Shown here piece by piece: positions 1-8,472 of a DNA stretch of 64,000 nucleotides (position 1 is its first letter; every line of letters begins with the position of its first letter). The stretch lies in sequence record OZ196212.1. The stretch is one strand, 5' to 3'. The translations under genes and the position numbers were made by a program. The notes below the pieces were generated by a model that saw nothing but the letters and a program-made list of their open reading frames with translations, searched no databases and was not told the origin of the DNA.

Positions 1-2
1 AG

Positions 3-1127
3 GTAGCAGCACTCGGTAGCTCAGTTTCAAAGATTGGTTACAATCACGGTGAGACTTCAGCTCAAGACGCTCTAGCGTTAATGGCAGCTAACTGGAAAAA
101 CAACTTGTCGATTGTTGAAGGGCGCGGTAACTTCGGTTCGCGAATGGTACAAGAGCCCGCGTCTGCTCGTTACGTGTACGCGAAGCTGCACGAAAACTTC
201 AAGCAATACTTCAAAGATATTCACCTTGCACCAGAACACAAAGACGTTGAACACGTCCCACCACAGTTCTACGTGCCCGTGATACCGACGATTCTATTGA
301 ATGGTGTGTTCGGCGTTGCGACTGGCTTTGCGTGTAACATTCTACCGCACGATCCGAAATGGGTTAAGAAAGCAGTTGTTGAATATCTCAGCGGCAAAGA
401 AATCAGTGAGCCAGTGATCATGTATCCCGAGTTCAATGGTCGCGTTGAGAAGCTTGAGCATAACAAGTACGCACAGATTGGTACAGTTGAGATTAGCGGT
501 CTAACGGCAGTCGTTACAGAAGTTCCGACGACGTTCGATCACACAAAATATCTCGCAGTGCTTGACAAACTCGTAGAATCGGGTAAAATCAGTAGCTATG
601 TTGATGAGACTAGCGAGACGTTTCAATTCAGAGTGCGTTGCAAGCGCGGGACGAAGATGGACGACGCGAATATCATAAAACTGTTAAAGCTTCAGTCTAA
701 TGCGACTCAGAACATCAACGTTATCGACGAGAACTATGAGATTCGTCATTTTAACGATGTCAGAGAGCTTGTGAAGTGGTTCGTTGACTACAGACTAACG
801 TTCTTACCAACTCGCATCAAAGACGCGATACAGACGACTACAGCGCGTTCTAGTTTAGCGATTGCGAAAGCGTCGTTCATCAAAGACGTTGTTAGTGGTA
901 AGATTGTATTGTTCGGTAAGAAGCGTGCTGAAGTTTCAAAAGAGCTGAAAGCAGACGAGCGATATTCAACGCACGTAACTGAGCTTCTAAATATGTCGGT
1001 TGATAAAATGACCGACGATGAGATTGCAAAACTCGATAAAGACTCAGACACAGCGTTGAAAGAACTCGATTACTGGAATAAGACAACTCCGCAAAAAGAG
1101 TTTATCAAAGATCTAAAGGGTATATAA
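3..1127 (+). CDS. 52: DNA topoisomerase II medium subunit (gp52, GyrA/ParC-like), 5' end outside window
   Basis: Frame is open from position 3 (VAALGSSVSKIGYNHGETSA...). Contains GRGNFGSR, catalytic ASARY and PxILLNGxxGxATGF motifs. Confidence 0.93.
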   Translation, partial: VAALGSSVSKIGYNHGETSAQDALALMAANWKNNLSIVEGRGNFGSRMVQEPASARYVYAKLHENFKQYFKDIHLAPEHKDVEHVPPQFYVPVIPTILLNGVFGVATGFACNILPHDPKWVKKAVVEYLSGKEISEPVIMYPEFNGRVEKLEHNKYAQIGTVEISGLTAVVTEVPTTFDHTKYLAVLDKLVESGKISSYVDETSETFQFRVRCKRGTKMDDANIIKLLKLQSNATQNINVIDENYEIRHFNDVRELVKWFVDYRLTFLPTRIKDAIQTTTARSSLAIAKASFIKDVVSGKIVLFGKKRAEVSKELKADERYSTHVTELLNMSVDKMTDDEIAKLDKDSDTALKELDYWNKTTPQKEFIKDLKGI

Positions 1128-1369
1128 TGAACAACATAATCGTAAATAACGGTTTTGTTCAAGTCACAGATCATGCTACACTATTCGGCGACGAAGAAGT
1201 TATCTTCGTCGATCCGATGAATCTCACTGATTTAGTGTGTTCACTTGGCTTGTACAAATCGAAATCTCAAGCTCGTCAAGCAAAGCGCGTTGGTGAGATA
1301 CCTCCCGGTTACTCAGAATTCAAAGGCAACAAGAAAACGCCTCTGTACGTCTGGAACCCAACAGAATAG
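1127..1369 (+). CDS. Small hypothetical protein with S4-like helix motif
   Basis: TAATG coupling to gp52. LTDLVCSLGLYKSKSQARQA resembles the S4/TyrRS C-terminal RNA-binding motif. Confidence 0.6.
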   Translation: MNNIIVNNGFVQVTDHATLFGDEEVIFVDPMNLTDLVCSLGLYKSKSQARQAKRVGEIPPGYSEFKGNKKTPLYVWNPTE

Positions 1370-1400
1370 GTGAAATACACCTAATCCTTGACAATGAAGT

Positions 1401-1408
1401 TATAAATA
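1401..1408 (+). promoter_or_regulatory. T4-type late promoter TATAAATA inside an RBS-sequestering hairpin
   Basis: Exact TATAAATA in the loop of inverted repeat 1374-1395/1417-1438, whose right arm carries the GGAG SD of the next gene. Confidence 0.85.
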
Positions 1409-1440
1409 CTTAAAATATTGACAGAGATTAGGAGTATTAT

Positions 1441-2166
1441 ATGAGATATCCGGCACATCTTTTACTGAAAGAAACTTTGAGAGACAATAAGCCATATTTT
1501 TACTTGTGCAAGTGTGCAGTGCAGAAGAATGTTGATTCTTATAAGGGTTCTGGGTTAGTATGGCTATCAGTTTTAAAGAAATACAAATCGCCCGTTAAAA
1601 CAAGAATATTAGGAACGTATGACGATCATGACAGCTTCAAAGAGGCAGGTAGATTTTATAGTGAATTGCTCAATGTAGTTGAAGATGAAAATTTTGCAAA
1701 TTTAGTTCCTGAGTTAGGGGACGGTGGGTGGATAAATGATCAAACAGGCAAAACATGGACTATAAAAGACACTTCAAATATGAACGGGGGTCAGTGTTGG
1801 AATGACGATATTCGCGTGAAAGAAGCATCTGAGAGGATGAAAAAAGAAAATCCAATGCATTCTAATGATGTGCGCATGAAAATGTCGAGCACGAGAAAAA
1901 ATAACGGGACGTATAAAAGCGGAATTGACAACCCATCAGCCGTTGCATTGTGCTTGACGTTCAATGACGGGACGTGTATAATCGCCACAGGGAAACAATT
2001 ATCATCAATCATAGGAATATCTGCGGCACAAATAAGCACATTGGTTAATAATGACGATAGGCAGAGAAAGCAAGAAGAAATGATTTTGAATTACAATAGT
2101 GGGAAAAGCAAGCGCATTCCTGCATGTAAAGGGTATATTATAAGAAAGGTGGAAATATGCAAGTGA
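1441..2166 (+). CDS. Free-standing GIY-YIG (Seg-like) homing endonuclease
   Basis: FYLCK...YKGSGLVWLSVLKKY...NFANLVPELGDGG N-terminal nuclease motif and a NUMOD-like NPM-H repeat. DNA is visibly more AT-rich than its neighbours. Confidence 0.8.
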   Translation: MRYPAHLLLKETLRDNKPYFYLCKCAVQKNVDSYKGSGLVWLSVLKKYKSPVKTRILGTYDDHDSFKEAGRFYSELLNVVEDENFANLVPELGDGGWINDQTGKTWTIKDTSNMNGGQCWNDDIRVKEASERMKKENPMHSNDVRMKMSSTRKNNGTYKSGIDNPSAVALCLTFNDGTCIIATGKQLSSIIGISAAQISTLVNNDDRQRKQEEMILNYNSGKSKRIPACKGYIIRKVEICK

Positions 2167-3026
2167 AATGGACCGAGCTATTCTATAGCGTTCAGGGTGA
2201 GGGGAAATACACTGGTCAAGCTAGTTTATTCTTTCGCTTCTGGGGCTGCAATTTGGAATGTTCAGGGTTTGGTCAAGACGATCCAACCGATCCCGATTCG
2301 TACGTACTTGACTTTAAAGAGTATGACCCGAAGGCGCACAACGTAGAATCAGTCGAAGATTTACCAGTATGGACACGCGGCTGTGACTCAAGCTACACAT
2401 GGGCGAAGAAATACGCGCATCTAGCTTCTAAGTCTTCAGTCGAAGATGTTTGTGAAGCTATGCTTGACAAACTACCGAATCGTCAATGGGGTGATATTCA
2501 TCTTGTATTGACTGGCGGCGAAACGATGATGAATCAAAAATCAATCGCTGCTATTCTTGCGTACTTCGCACAAATTGGCAATTTTCCGAAGAACGTAACA
2601 ATCGAAACTAACGGTACGAAAAAAATGTCGAGCGAGTTCGGTGACTTCATCGAGACAATATCGTTCTACACGAAAGTTAGTTTCAGCGTATCTTTCAAGC
2701 TTTTCAACGTTACTGGCGAACTGTCAGAAAAAGCTATCTGTCCGAGCGTAGTTAATCGCTATGCTCGATACGCAGAGACATGGCTCAAGCCCGTTGTCGT
2801 CGATACTGACGCGTGTTGGGATGAAGTTGATATGCACATCGCGCAATACAAAGCGTGCAGTGCTCTTCACAACGTTCCAATCTATATCATGCCTTGTGGT
2901 GCTACTCAAGAAGAGCAAGAACAAGACGGGTATATGGCATCGATTGCAAACAAAGCATTGAGTCGTGGTTATAACGTTTCTGTACGTACGCACGTATGGA
3001 TTTATGGTAATGCAGTCGGCACATAA
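2157..3026 (+). CDS. queE: 7-carboxy-7-deazaguanine synthase (radical SAM)
   Basis: ELFYSVQGEG, FFRFWGCNLEC...CDS, VLTGGE, IETNGT and C-terminal RTHVWIYG motifs. Confidence 0.88.
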   Translation: MQVKWTELFYSVQGEGKYTGQASLFFRFWGCNLECSGFGQDDPTDPDSYVLDFKEYDPKAHNVESVEDLPVWTRGCDSSYTWAKKYAHLASKSSVEDVCEAMLDKLPNRQWGDIHLVLTGGETMMNQKSIAAILAYFAQIGNFPKNVTIETNGTKKMSSEFGDFIETISFYTKVSFSVSFKLFNVTGELSEKAICPSVVNRYARYAETWLKPVVVDTDACWDEVDMHIAQYKACSALHNVPIYIMPCGATQEEQEQDGYMASIANKALSRGYNVSVRTHVWIYGNAVGT

Positions 3027-3055
3027 GTGCCGTTTTAACTTAAAGAGAAATTGAA

Positions 3056-3370
3056 ATGATTCTATTTGGACACATTGTAGGCACGCTTGGTATGATTCTT
3101 ATCTGTCTTGCGTTTTGGTTTGTAACTAGCGAGAAATACGGGCCCAAAGACAACACGTATCTTTGGACTAACTTGACTGGTGCGGTCTTGCTTACAATTA
3201 GCTTGCTGATTAACTTCAATCTCGGTAGCTTTATGATTGAGCTATTCTGGATTGGTATTTCTGGTACTGCACTGTACGAGAACTACAGCGGCAAGAAGTG
3301 GAAAATCGCGTTGAACGAGAAATTCAACGACTTCCGTAATTCGACTACTAATAAAGGTGGTCCGAAGTAA
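3056..3370 (+). CDS. Small 3-TM membrane protein (CBU_0592-like)
   Basis: Three hydrophobic segments; pattern GxxGMxLIxxAF...YLWxNLxGAxLL...FxIELFWxxIS. Confidence 0.6.
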   Translation: MILFGHIVGTLGMILICLAFWFVTSEKYGPKDNTYLWTNLTGAVLLTISLLINFNLGSFMIELFWIGISGTALYENYSGKKWKIALNEKFNDFRNSTTNKGGPK

Positions 3371-3373
3371 ATA

Positions 3374-3402
3374 GTTTACTTCATTGTCGTTTCGTGTATA
3401 AT
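3374..3402 (+). promoter_or_regulatory. T4-type early promoter GTTTAC-N17-TATAAT
   Basis: Consensus -35/-10 with 17-nt spacing. A 12-bp inverted repeat (3383-3394/3409-3420) overlaps it. Confidence 0.75.
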
Positions 3403-3438
3403 CAACTGCGAAACGACAATCTAACAGAGAACAATAAA

Positions 3439-3627
3439 ATGTCTAAGAAAGCAAAGAACAGAAAGAAGCAGAAGCAACGCGATGCTTTAGAAAACAAGCC
3501 GCGTGATTTCGTCGCGAAGTACATGAATGAGTTCAATCATGCTACGGTCGAGACTGATCGCAAGAAAGAAGAGAAACGACGCACACCGCGTAAAATGAAA
3601 CACAAAGGGAAAGCCTATGGGGATTGA
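3439..3627 (+). CDS. Small basic hypothetical protein
   Basis: ORF follows early promoter; start reassigned to ATG 3439 after GAGA SD. Very Lys/Arg-rich. Confidence 0.65.
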   Translation: MSKKAKNRKKQKQRDALENKPRDFVAKYMNEFNHATVETDRKKEEKRRTPRKMKHKGKAYGD

Positions 3628-3949
3628 TCAAGAGCTAGATATTTTCGACGACTGGCCAGTGGCGTCAGCGTCTATACCTATGCCGAAAGCACCTGCTAAA
3701 TTTGAGCCAGAAAATGAGCTTCATCAGTTCTTTCATGACTGTGCAAAGTTCGATTGGTATTACAACTACAGCGATGATCATCGTGTGTGGACGCGTGGTG
3801 AACGCGAATCGAAAGCTCTTCAGGCGCGTAGTCGTGCAAACTCTGTGACGACAGCGATTTACGAAGCATGGTCAAAGTACATGTTCACGGGACCGAACTA
3901 CGGTAATGAACGTGCACCTAAGCCACAATGGGAAGATTATCGTGCATAA
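3617..3949 (+). CDS. Hypothetical protein (DWYYNYSDD motif)
   Basis: Overlapping operon ORF; DWYYxYSDDxRxWxRG motif is typical of conserved small phage early proteins. Confidence 0.65.
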   Translation: MGIDQELDIFDDWPVASASIPMPKAPAKFEPENELHQFFHDCAKFDWYYNYSDDHRVWTRGERESKALQARSRANSVTTAIYEAWSKYMFTGPNYGNERAPKPQWEDYRA

Positions 3950-4214
3950 AGACGTGCTTCAAAATACAATTGAAATGAAAGACATTGTTTTTCGTCTGTC
4001 AAAAGAGCGATTGTGCGTTGAGCCGTGTATTGTTGTCGGTTTTACTGAACACAAAGTTTTACTAAACGATGGCTTGCAATGTGATCCGAATCGCGTTGTA
4101 GTTATTACTGAACAAATTCAAAATAACGGTGTTGATCTCTGGTCTACTGTGCTAGAATTCAAATATCGAGAATACATCATCAAGGGCTTTAAACGCCTCA
4201 AACAACAAAAGTGA
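3906..4214 (+). CDS. Hypothetical protein (start uncertain)
   Basis: Fills the operon between two ORFs. Confidence 0.55.
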   Translation: MNVHLSHNGKIIVHKDVLQNTIEMKDIVFRLSKERLCVEPCIVVGFTEHKVLLNDGLQCDPNRVVVITEQIQNNGVDLWSTVLEFKYREYIIKGFKRLKQQK

Positions 4215-4221
4215 GCAAAAC

Positions 4222-4500
4222 ATGAAATTTCTACAAAAAATCTGGGCAGTTCTAACAGGCGACACAACTCCACGTACACCTGAAGACATCATCGCTGATA
4301 TGAACAAAGGTGCGGTTGAGCTTCGAGCGCGTTCGACATTCGATAAAGATCAAATCGACAAGAACGTAGCAGAGCAAGCAGAAATTGCCGCAGAAGCTGC
4401 GCGTAAAACTGCCGAGCTTGACGCAATCAACACTGGTCACGCTGCTTCAGCAGAACATGCAGATCGCGTTGCTAAACGATTCGAAGATCTGACTGCGTAA
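4222..4500 (+). CDS. Hypothetical coiled-coil protein
   Basis: SD GAG upstream; helical Ala/Glu-rich sequence; followed by terminator. Confidence 0.65.
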   Translation: MKFLQKIWAVLTGDTTPRTPEDIIADMNKGAVELRARSTFDKDQIDKNVAEQAEIAAEAARKTAELDAINTGHAASAEHADRVAKRFEDLTA

Positions 4501-4530
4501 TGCGTTAAAACATACGCATTAACCGAATTA

Positions 4531-4574
4531 AAGCCCCTTAATGAGTGCATTTGCATACATTAAGGGGCTTTTTT
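4531..4574 (+). terminator. Rho-independent terminator
   Basis: AAGCCCCTTAATG / CATTAAGGGGCTT stem followed by a T run. Confidence 0.8.
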
Positions 4575-4613
4575 GTTTCTGTCATAAATACAAGTAAACA
4601 CATGAGAGACGCT

Positions 4614-5717
4614 ATGAAAAAATTAAACACATTCATGGAAGAACTTCAGGCACTTAATGAAGTGTTCGTTCGTGGCGGCAAACCGCGCGACGGGTCTAAA
4701 GTTCTTGCAAACGGAAAAAACATTTGGGTATGGAATAACGAGCGTGAGCTTGAACGTCTATTGCCTTTCATCAACAAAGAATTCAACTCCGATTTTGAAG
4801 ACGAGTACGAGATCGATGAGTGGTACATGAGTGGAGCTGACGCAGTGTACGGGGAGATTGAACGCAGCAGCCTAGATATGCACGGTGATTCGACTTATCG
4901 CCCGTCTACAGCGTCTGACACGCTCAGAAAGACGATTAAAGCACTGAATCTACGTGGCGTGACTCGTCGTTCGCGTTCTTTTACTACTGATTATGACGAA
5001 ATCGACCACGACTTTGAAACGTCGCGTGCTGAATTCAACAAAAAGCTAGGTCAAAAAACGTTCTATCACGGCACATCGACGACTTACATCGAATCGATGC
5101 TCAAGATCGGTCTAAAACCAGACGTAGGTGAATCGCAGTTCGATAAGATTGAACACAGCGACAAGGTGTTTGTCACGACTGAGCTTGATAAAGCAATGTT
5201 CCACGCGACTCATTCAGCGAATCAAAACAGCTCATTCCCTGTAATAATCGAGCTGAAGATTCCAGATGAGGCTAAACTAGTGTCGGATTACGACGTTGTT
5301 ATCGACACGCTAGGTGCTGATTCTGACGAAGCACTTGAACTTGGCTACTCTGACATATATTACGGTGCAGTAAATGGTCGCGATGACGGCAAAAAATACG
5401 ACGATATGCACCAACGATTTGGTAAGCGTATCGGCAATCTATCGACTAAATTCGGTGTGTTCGGCTACAAGGGTCGTATCCCTGCAAGTCATTTCACGAA
5501 GATTCTAGCAGATACTGACGTAATCGAAGATGAAATCTCGATGAACTTCTATGAAATGGAAGACGAGTTCAAATTATCTGCGATGACATCAGAAGCGGGA
5601 AATCATCGTTCAATTGACTACTGGTCTGAACAACGACCTGACAAATTCATATCGAATCTTGAAGACCGTTGGGAAGAGATTCGAGACGAGAACGAAGAAG
5701 AAGACGATTGGGATTAA
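4614..5717 (+). CDS. Late protein with ADP-ribosyltransferase/KptA-like NAD-binding fold, probable virion-internal protein
   Basis: FYHGTS...ESMLKIGLKP...VFVTTE...A.FHA...PVIIELKIP pattern. CATAAATA at 4583 and GAGAG SD support ATG 4614 (MKKLNTFMEE). Confidence 0.6.
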   Translation: MKKLNTFMEELQALNEVFVRGGKPRDGSKVLANGKNIWVWNNERELERLLPFINKEFNSDFEDEYEIDEWYMSGADAVYGEIERSSLDMHGDSTYRPSTASDTLRKTIKALNLRGVTRRSRSFTTDYDEIDHDFETSRAEFNKKLGQKTFYHGTSTTYIESMLKIGLKPDVGESQFDKIEHSDKVFVTTELDKAMFHATHSANQNSSFPVIIELKIPDEAKLVSDYDVVIDTLGADSDEALELGYSDIYYGAVNGRDDGKKYDDMHQRFGKRIGNLSTKFGVFGYKGRIPASHFTKILADTDVIEDEISMNFYEMEDEFKLSAMTSEAGNHRSIDYWSEQRPDKFISNLEDRWEEIRDENEEEDDWD

Positions 5718-5722
5718 ATACT

Positions 5723-5746
5723 AGGGAGCATTTAGCTCCCTTTTTT
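5723..5746 (+). terminator. Rho-independent terminator overlapping a putative late promoter
   Basis: GGGAGC-ATTTA-GCTCCC plus T6; TAAATA core at 5715-5720 immediately upstream. Confidence 0.7.
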
Positions 5747-5760
5747 ATTGAGGTAAGAAA

Positions 5761-6240
5761 ATGTACAAATGTAAATATTTCGAAATATATGAACTCGTAA
5801 CTCCGCAGATGTATGAAGCGTGGGGCGAGAAATGTTGGCAACTATTCGACGAGCGCGTTCTAATCACGCTAGACGCTCTCAGAAAGAAGTTCGGCTCATG
5901 CGTAGTCAATGACTGGAAGTGGGGCGGAAGATTCGATGACAGCGGTTTTAGAGACGTTCACTTCTATAGTTCAGTCGATGCGTACTTGAAGAGTCGTTCG
6001 CAGCACAAATATGGTCGCGCAGTCGATGCAAAATTCAAAGTACCCGCTCACGAAGTGCGTAAATACATATTAGAGAACCCCGACGAATTCCCACACGTGA
6101 AATTCATCGAAGTGGGTCCGTTAAAAGACGGCTCTGATATGTCATGGGTTCACATCGATGTTCGCAACGGTGACTTGCTATGTTGGTCGCCATTAGAGGG
6201 TGTCGTTTCAAAAGAAGATGTGATTCGTCGAAAACTTTAG
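5761..6240 (+). CDS. Endolysin, peptidase M15 (Zn D-Ala-D-Ala peptidase fold)
   Basis: SGFR...SQHKYGRAVD...WVHID zinc-binding motifs; GAGG SD. Confidence 0.85.
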   Translation: MYKCKYFEIYELVTPQMYEAWGEKCWQLFDERVLITLDALRKKFGSCVVNDWKWGGRFDDSGFRDVHFYSSVDAYLKSRSQHKYGRAVDAKFKVPAHEVRKYILENPDEFPHVKFIEVGPLKDGSDMSWVHIDVRNGDLLCWSPLEGVVSKEDVIRRKL

Positions 6241-6311
6241 TTTAACACTCGATGTTTTAGCATTAATATAACATTGTCAACAAGACATTTATCAACTAAA
6301 AGGTCTACTAC

Positions 6312-7022
6312 ATGGGCAAAAAGAAAACTCAAGAAGATCCGCGCTCAAGTCAACGCGTCGAGTTACTTTCATTCAATCAAGAGCAGTACGCAGCCGCGAT
6401 TCACGAAGAGATTAAAGAAGACGGCTCAGGTGCATTTGTGTTCGCGATTGGGTCAGCAGGTACCGGTAAAACGTGGCTAGCGACTACTCTCGGTGCTGAC
6501 ATGTATTCTATGTTTGAGTACACGCAGTTCATCATTCTAAAGCCGACACTTTCGTGTGGTGAAGAACTGGGTTACTTACCGGGAACACTTGAAGAGAAAA
6601 TGGAACCTTGGATTCAAACTGTCACACAGCCGTTGAAAGACCGCTTGGGTGCAGATAAGTTCAAATGTGATTGGAACAAACGAATTCATGCAGAGCCTAT
6701 TCAGTTCGTACGTGGTAAAACGTTCGATAACTGTTTCATTATAGTAGATGAAGCTCAGAACTTAACTAAAACTGAAATTCAGACGATCATGACTCGTATC
6801 GGTGAAAATACGAAGATGGTATTTTGTGGCGACTTGAAACAAGACGACCATAAGATGATCTATCGTACTGGTCAGAAAGAAATCAGTGGTCTAGCGTGGA
6901 TGGTTAACGAGATTCAGCGTCAACAACGCGCAGGTATCGAGATCATTCAATTCACTAACGCTGACGTTGTACGTTCTGGCGCATGTAAGATGGCTCTAGA
7001 AATTATCGACAAGGCAGATTAA
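6312..7022 (+). CDS. phoH: PhoH-like ATPase
   Basis: GSAGTGKT Walker A; LGYLPG; RGKTFDNCFIIVDEAQN; TRIGENTKMVFCGD. Confidence 0.93.
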   Translation: MGKKKTQEDPRSSQRVELLSFNQEQYAAAIHEEIKEDGSGAFVFAIGSAGTGKTWLATTLGADMYSMFEYTQFIILKPTLSCGEELGYLPGTLEEKMEPWIQTVTQPLKDRLGADKFKCDWNKRIHAEPIQFVRGKTFDNCFIIVDEAQNLTKTEIQTIMTRIGENTKMVFCGDLKQDDHKMIYRTGQKEISGLAWMVNEIQRQQRAGIEIIQFTNADVVRSGACKMALEIIDKAD

Positions 7023-7330
7023 TGAAGAAAGAAACAAACAACGTCACGTGCAAAATCACTGACGTTGGTAATTTCAATGTGCTCGTTAAATCGTGGTATG
7101 TTGAGGGTGACTTCGTTCGCGGGGTCACGCTTGAAGTAGGGGATGTCGTTAACATCAAAGAATACAACGACCCGTTGGTCTCTGGCGGCGTATATTCCGC
7201 TATCAAAGTATCAAAAGATGGGAACGTTTACTCAACTACGGTCTTAGGTCGGTTAGTATTCGACCGAACAGACTCGTCATACGTCATGAAGAACGACAAA
7301 CATCGCATTCAGTACACTACGACACTATAA
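7022..7330 (+). CDS. Hypothetical protein
   Basis: TAATG coupling to phoH; followed by terminator. Confidence 0.65.
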   Translation: MKKETNNVTCKITDVGNFNVLVKSWYVEGDFVRGVTLEVGDVVNIKEYNDPLVSGGVYSAIKVSKDGNVYSTTVLGRLVFDRTDSSYVMKNDKHRIQYTTTL

Positions 7331-7331
7331 C

Positions 7332-7356
7332 AAAAGCGCCTACGGGCGCTTTTTTT
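7332..7356 (+). terminator. Rho-independent terminator
   Basis: AAAAGCGCC-TACG-GGCGCTTTTTTT. Confidence 0.85.
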
Positions 7357-7438
7357 GTTTAGAATGCATCATTTCTGAAGTAAAATAAATGACGGGAGGT
7401 GTCAATGACATACAAACAACAGCACATCGGGGCGATTA

Positions 7439-8170
7439 ATGGAAAGAACAGAAATCATAATTCCTACCAAGAGCATCAGAAATGCAGGTTATGAATTCGA
7501 TGTAATAGATACAAGCAAACTAGATCACTTTCACGTTCGATGCGTGACAAATACGTTATACGACAACAGCATACAAGGTTCACAACTCGACGGATTTCGT
7601 GCCGAGATTACTCTAATGGACGCAGAATCACTAATCTTCTTGAACTCAATGAATCTTTATGCTAACTTTACTGAGTCGAACCGTGCAAATAATGGCATGA
7701 AGCGCATTAAGTCGGCTCGATATGACTATCATCATTATTATCAACAACAAGAGGACTGGTTTAAAGGCATACTACGAAAGAACAGAGTCACCGTAAAATA
7801 TCCGAACGGGGAAAAGCGAGAAAAGCTTCCTACGTTCTACACGTGCGGGTTGCGTTTATCAAACGTAAGACGTTCAGCAGATAAAGCTTGTGCCATGCTC
7901 GTACTCGATGAGAACGGGAAGCCCAAGATGTATGCGTTCGCTATCGGAAAACTAAGATACATTTTCGACGCGTACGACCGGTCAGAAAACCTAAACTGCC
8001 CCGCGCAAATCGGGAAGAAAACAGTTGACGTAATCGAGTGTTTAGATTACAATGACGGAGACGATTGGAATGACGAAAACGAGTTCGAAGAAACGCGTAA
8101 ATTAATGTCGATTCCAGATGTATCCGATTTAGACAAAGTATTAATGTCATTAGACGAAGAAGAGTTTTAG
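7439..8170 (+). CDS. Hypothetical protein upstream of asiA
   Basis: 243-aa ORF with acidic C-terminus; no recognised family. Confidence 0.65.
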   Translation: MERTEIIIPTKSIRNAGYEFDVIDTSKLDHFHVRCVTNTLYDNSIQGSQLDGFRAEITLMDAESLIFLNSMNLYANFTESNRANNGMKRIKSARYDYHHYYQQQEDWFKGILRKNRVTVKYPNGEKREKLPTFYTCGLRLSNVRRSADKACAMLVLDENGKPKMYAFAIGKLRYIFDAYDRSENLNCPAQIGKKTVDVIECLDYNDGDDWNDENEFEETRKLMSIPDVSDLDKVLMSLDEEEF

Positions 8171-8171
8171 T

Positions 8172-8465
8172 ATGAATGAAGTAACAACTTACACCGACAC
8201 AAAAGAACTAGCACTAGACATCGCAGCATACGCATCACTATTAGTTAAGATGGGATATTGCGAATGTGTTGAAAATCAAAAACTCTTTGTTGAAATGTGT
8301 AACGAAGCAGGGTTCAGAACAGTAACCGGAAAAGAATTTTCTCAAATGTCATTTCGACAGATGTTCGCTCGACTTCCAGCACGCATTAGTGAAGAAATTA
8401 AAGCACAATTCTCATGGGGTAACAACGCACCAAATGAGTCTATTCTTGAAAGCGTTTACGTATAG
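8172..8465 (+). CDS. asiA: Anti-sigma70 protein AsiA
   Basis: IAAYASLLVKMG...VENQKLFVEMCNEAGF...GKEFSQMSFRQM aligns by eye with T4 AsiA (IITVASILIKF...VENRANFIAFLNEIG...GRKLNQNSFRK). Confidence 0.82.
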   Translation: MNEVTTYTDTKELALDIAAYASLLVKMGYCECVENQKLFVEMCNEAGFRTVTGKEFSQMSFRQMFARLPARISEEIKAQFSWGNNAPNESILESVYV

Positions 8466-8472
8466 GTAACAC

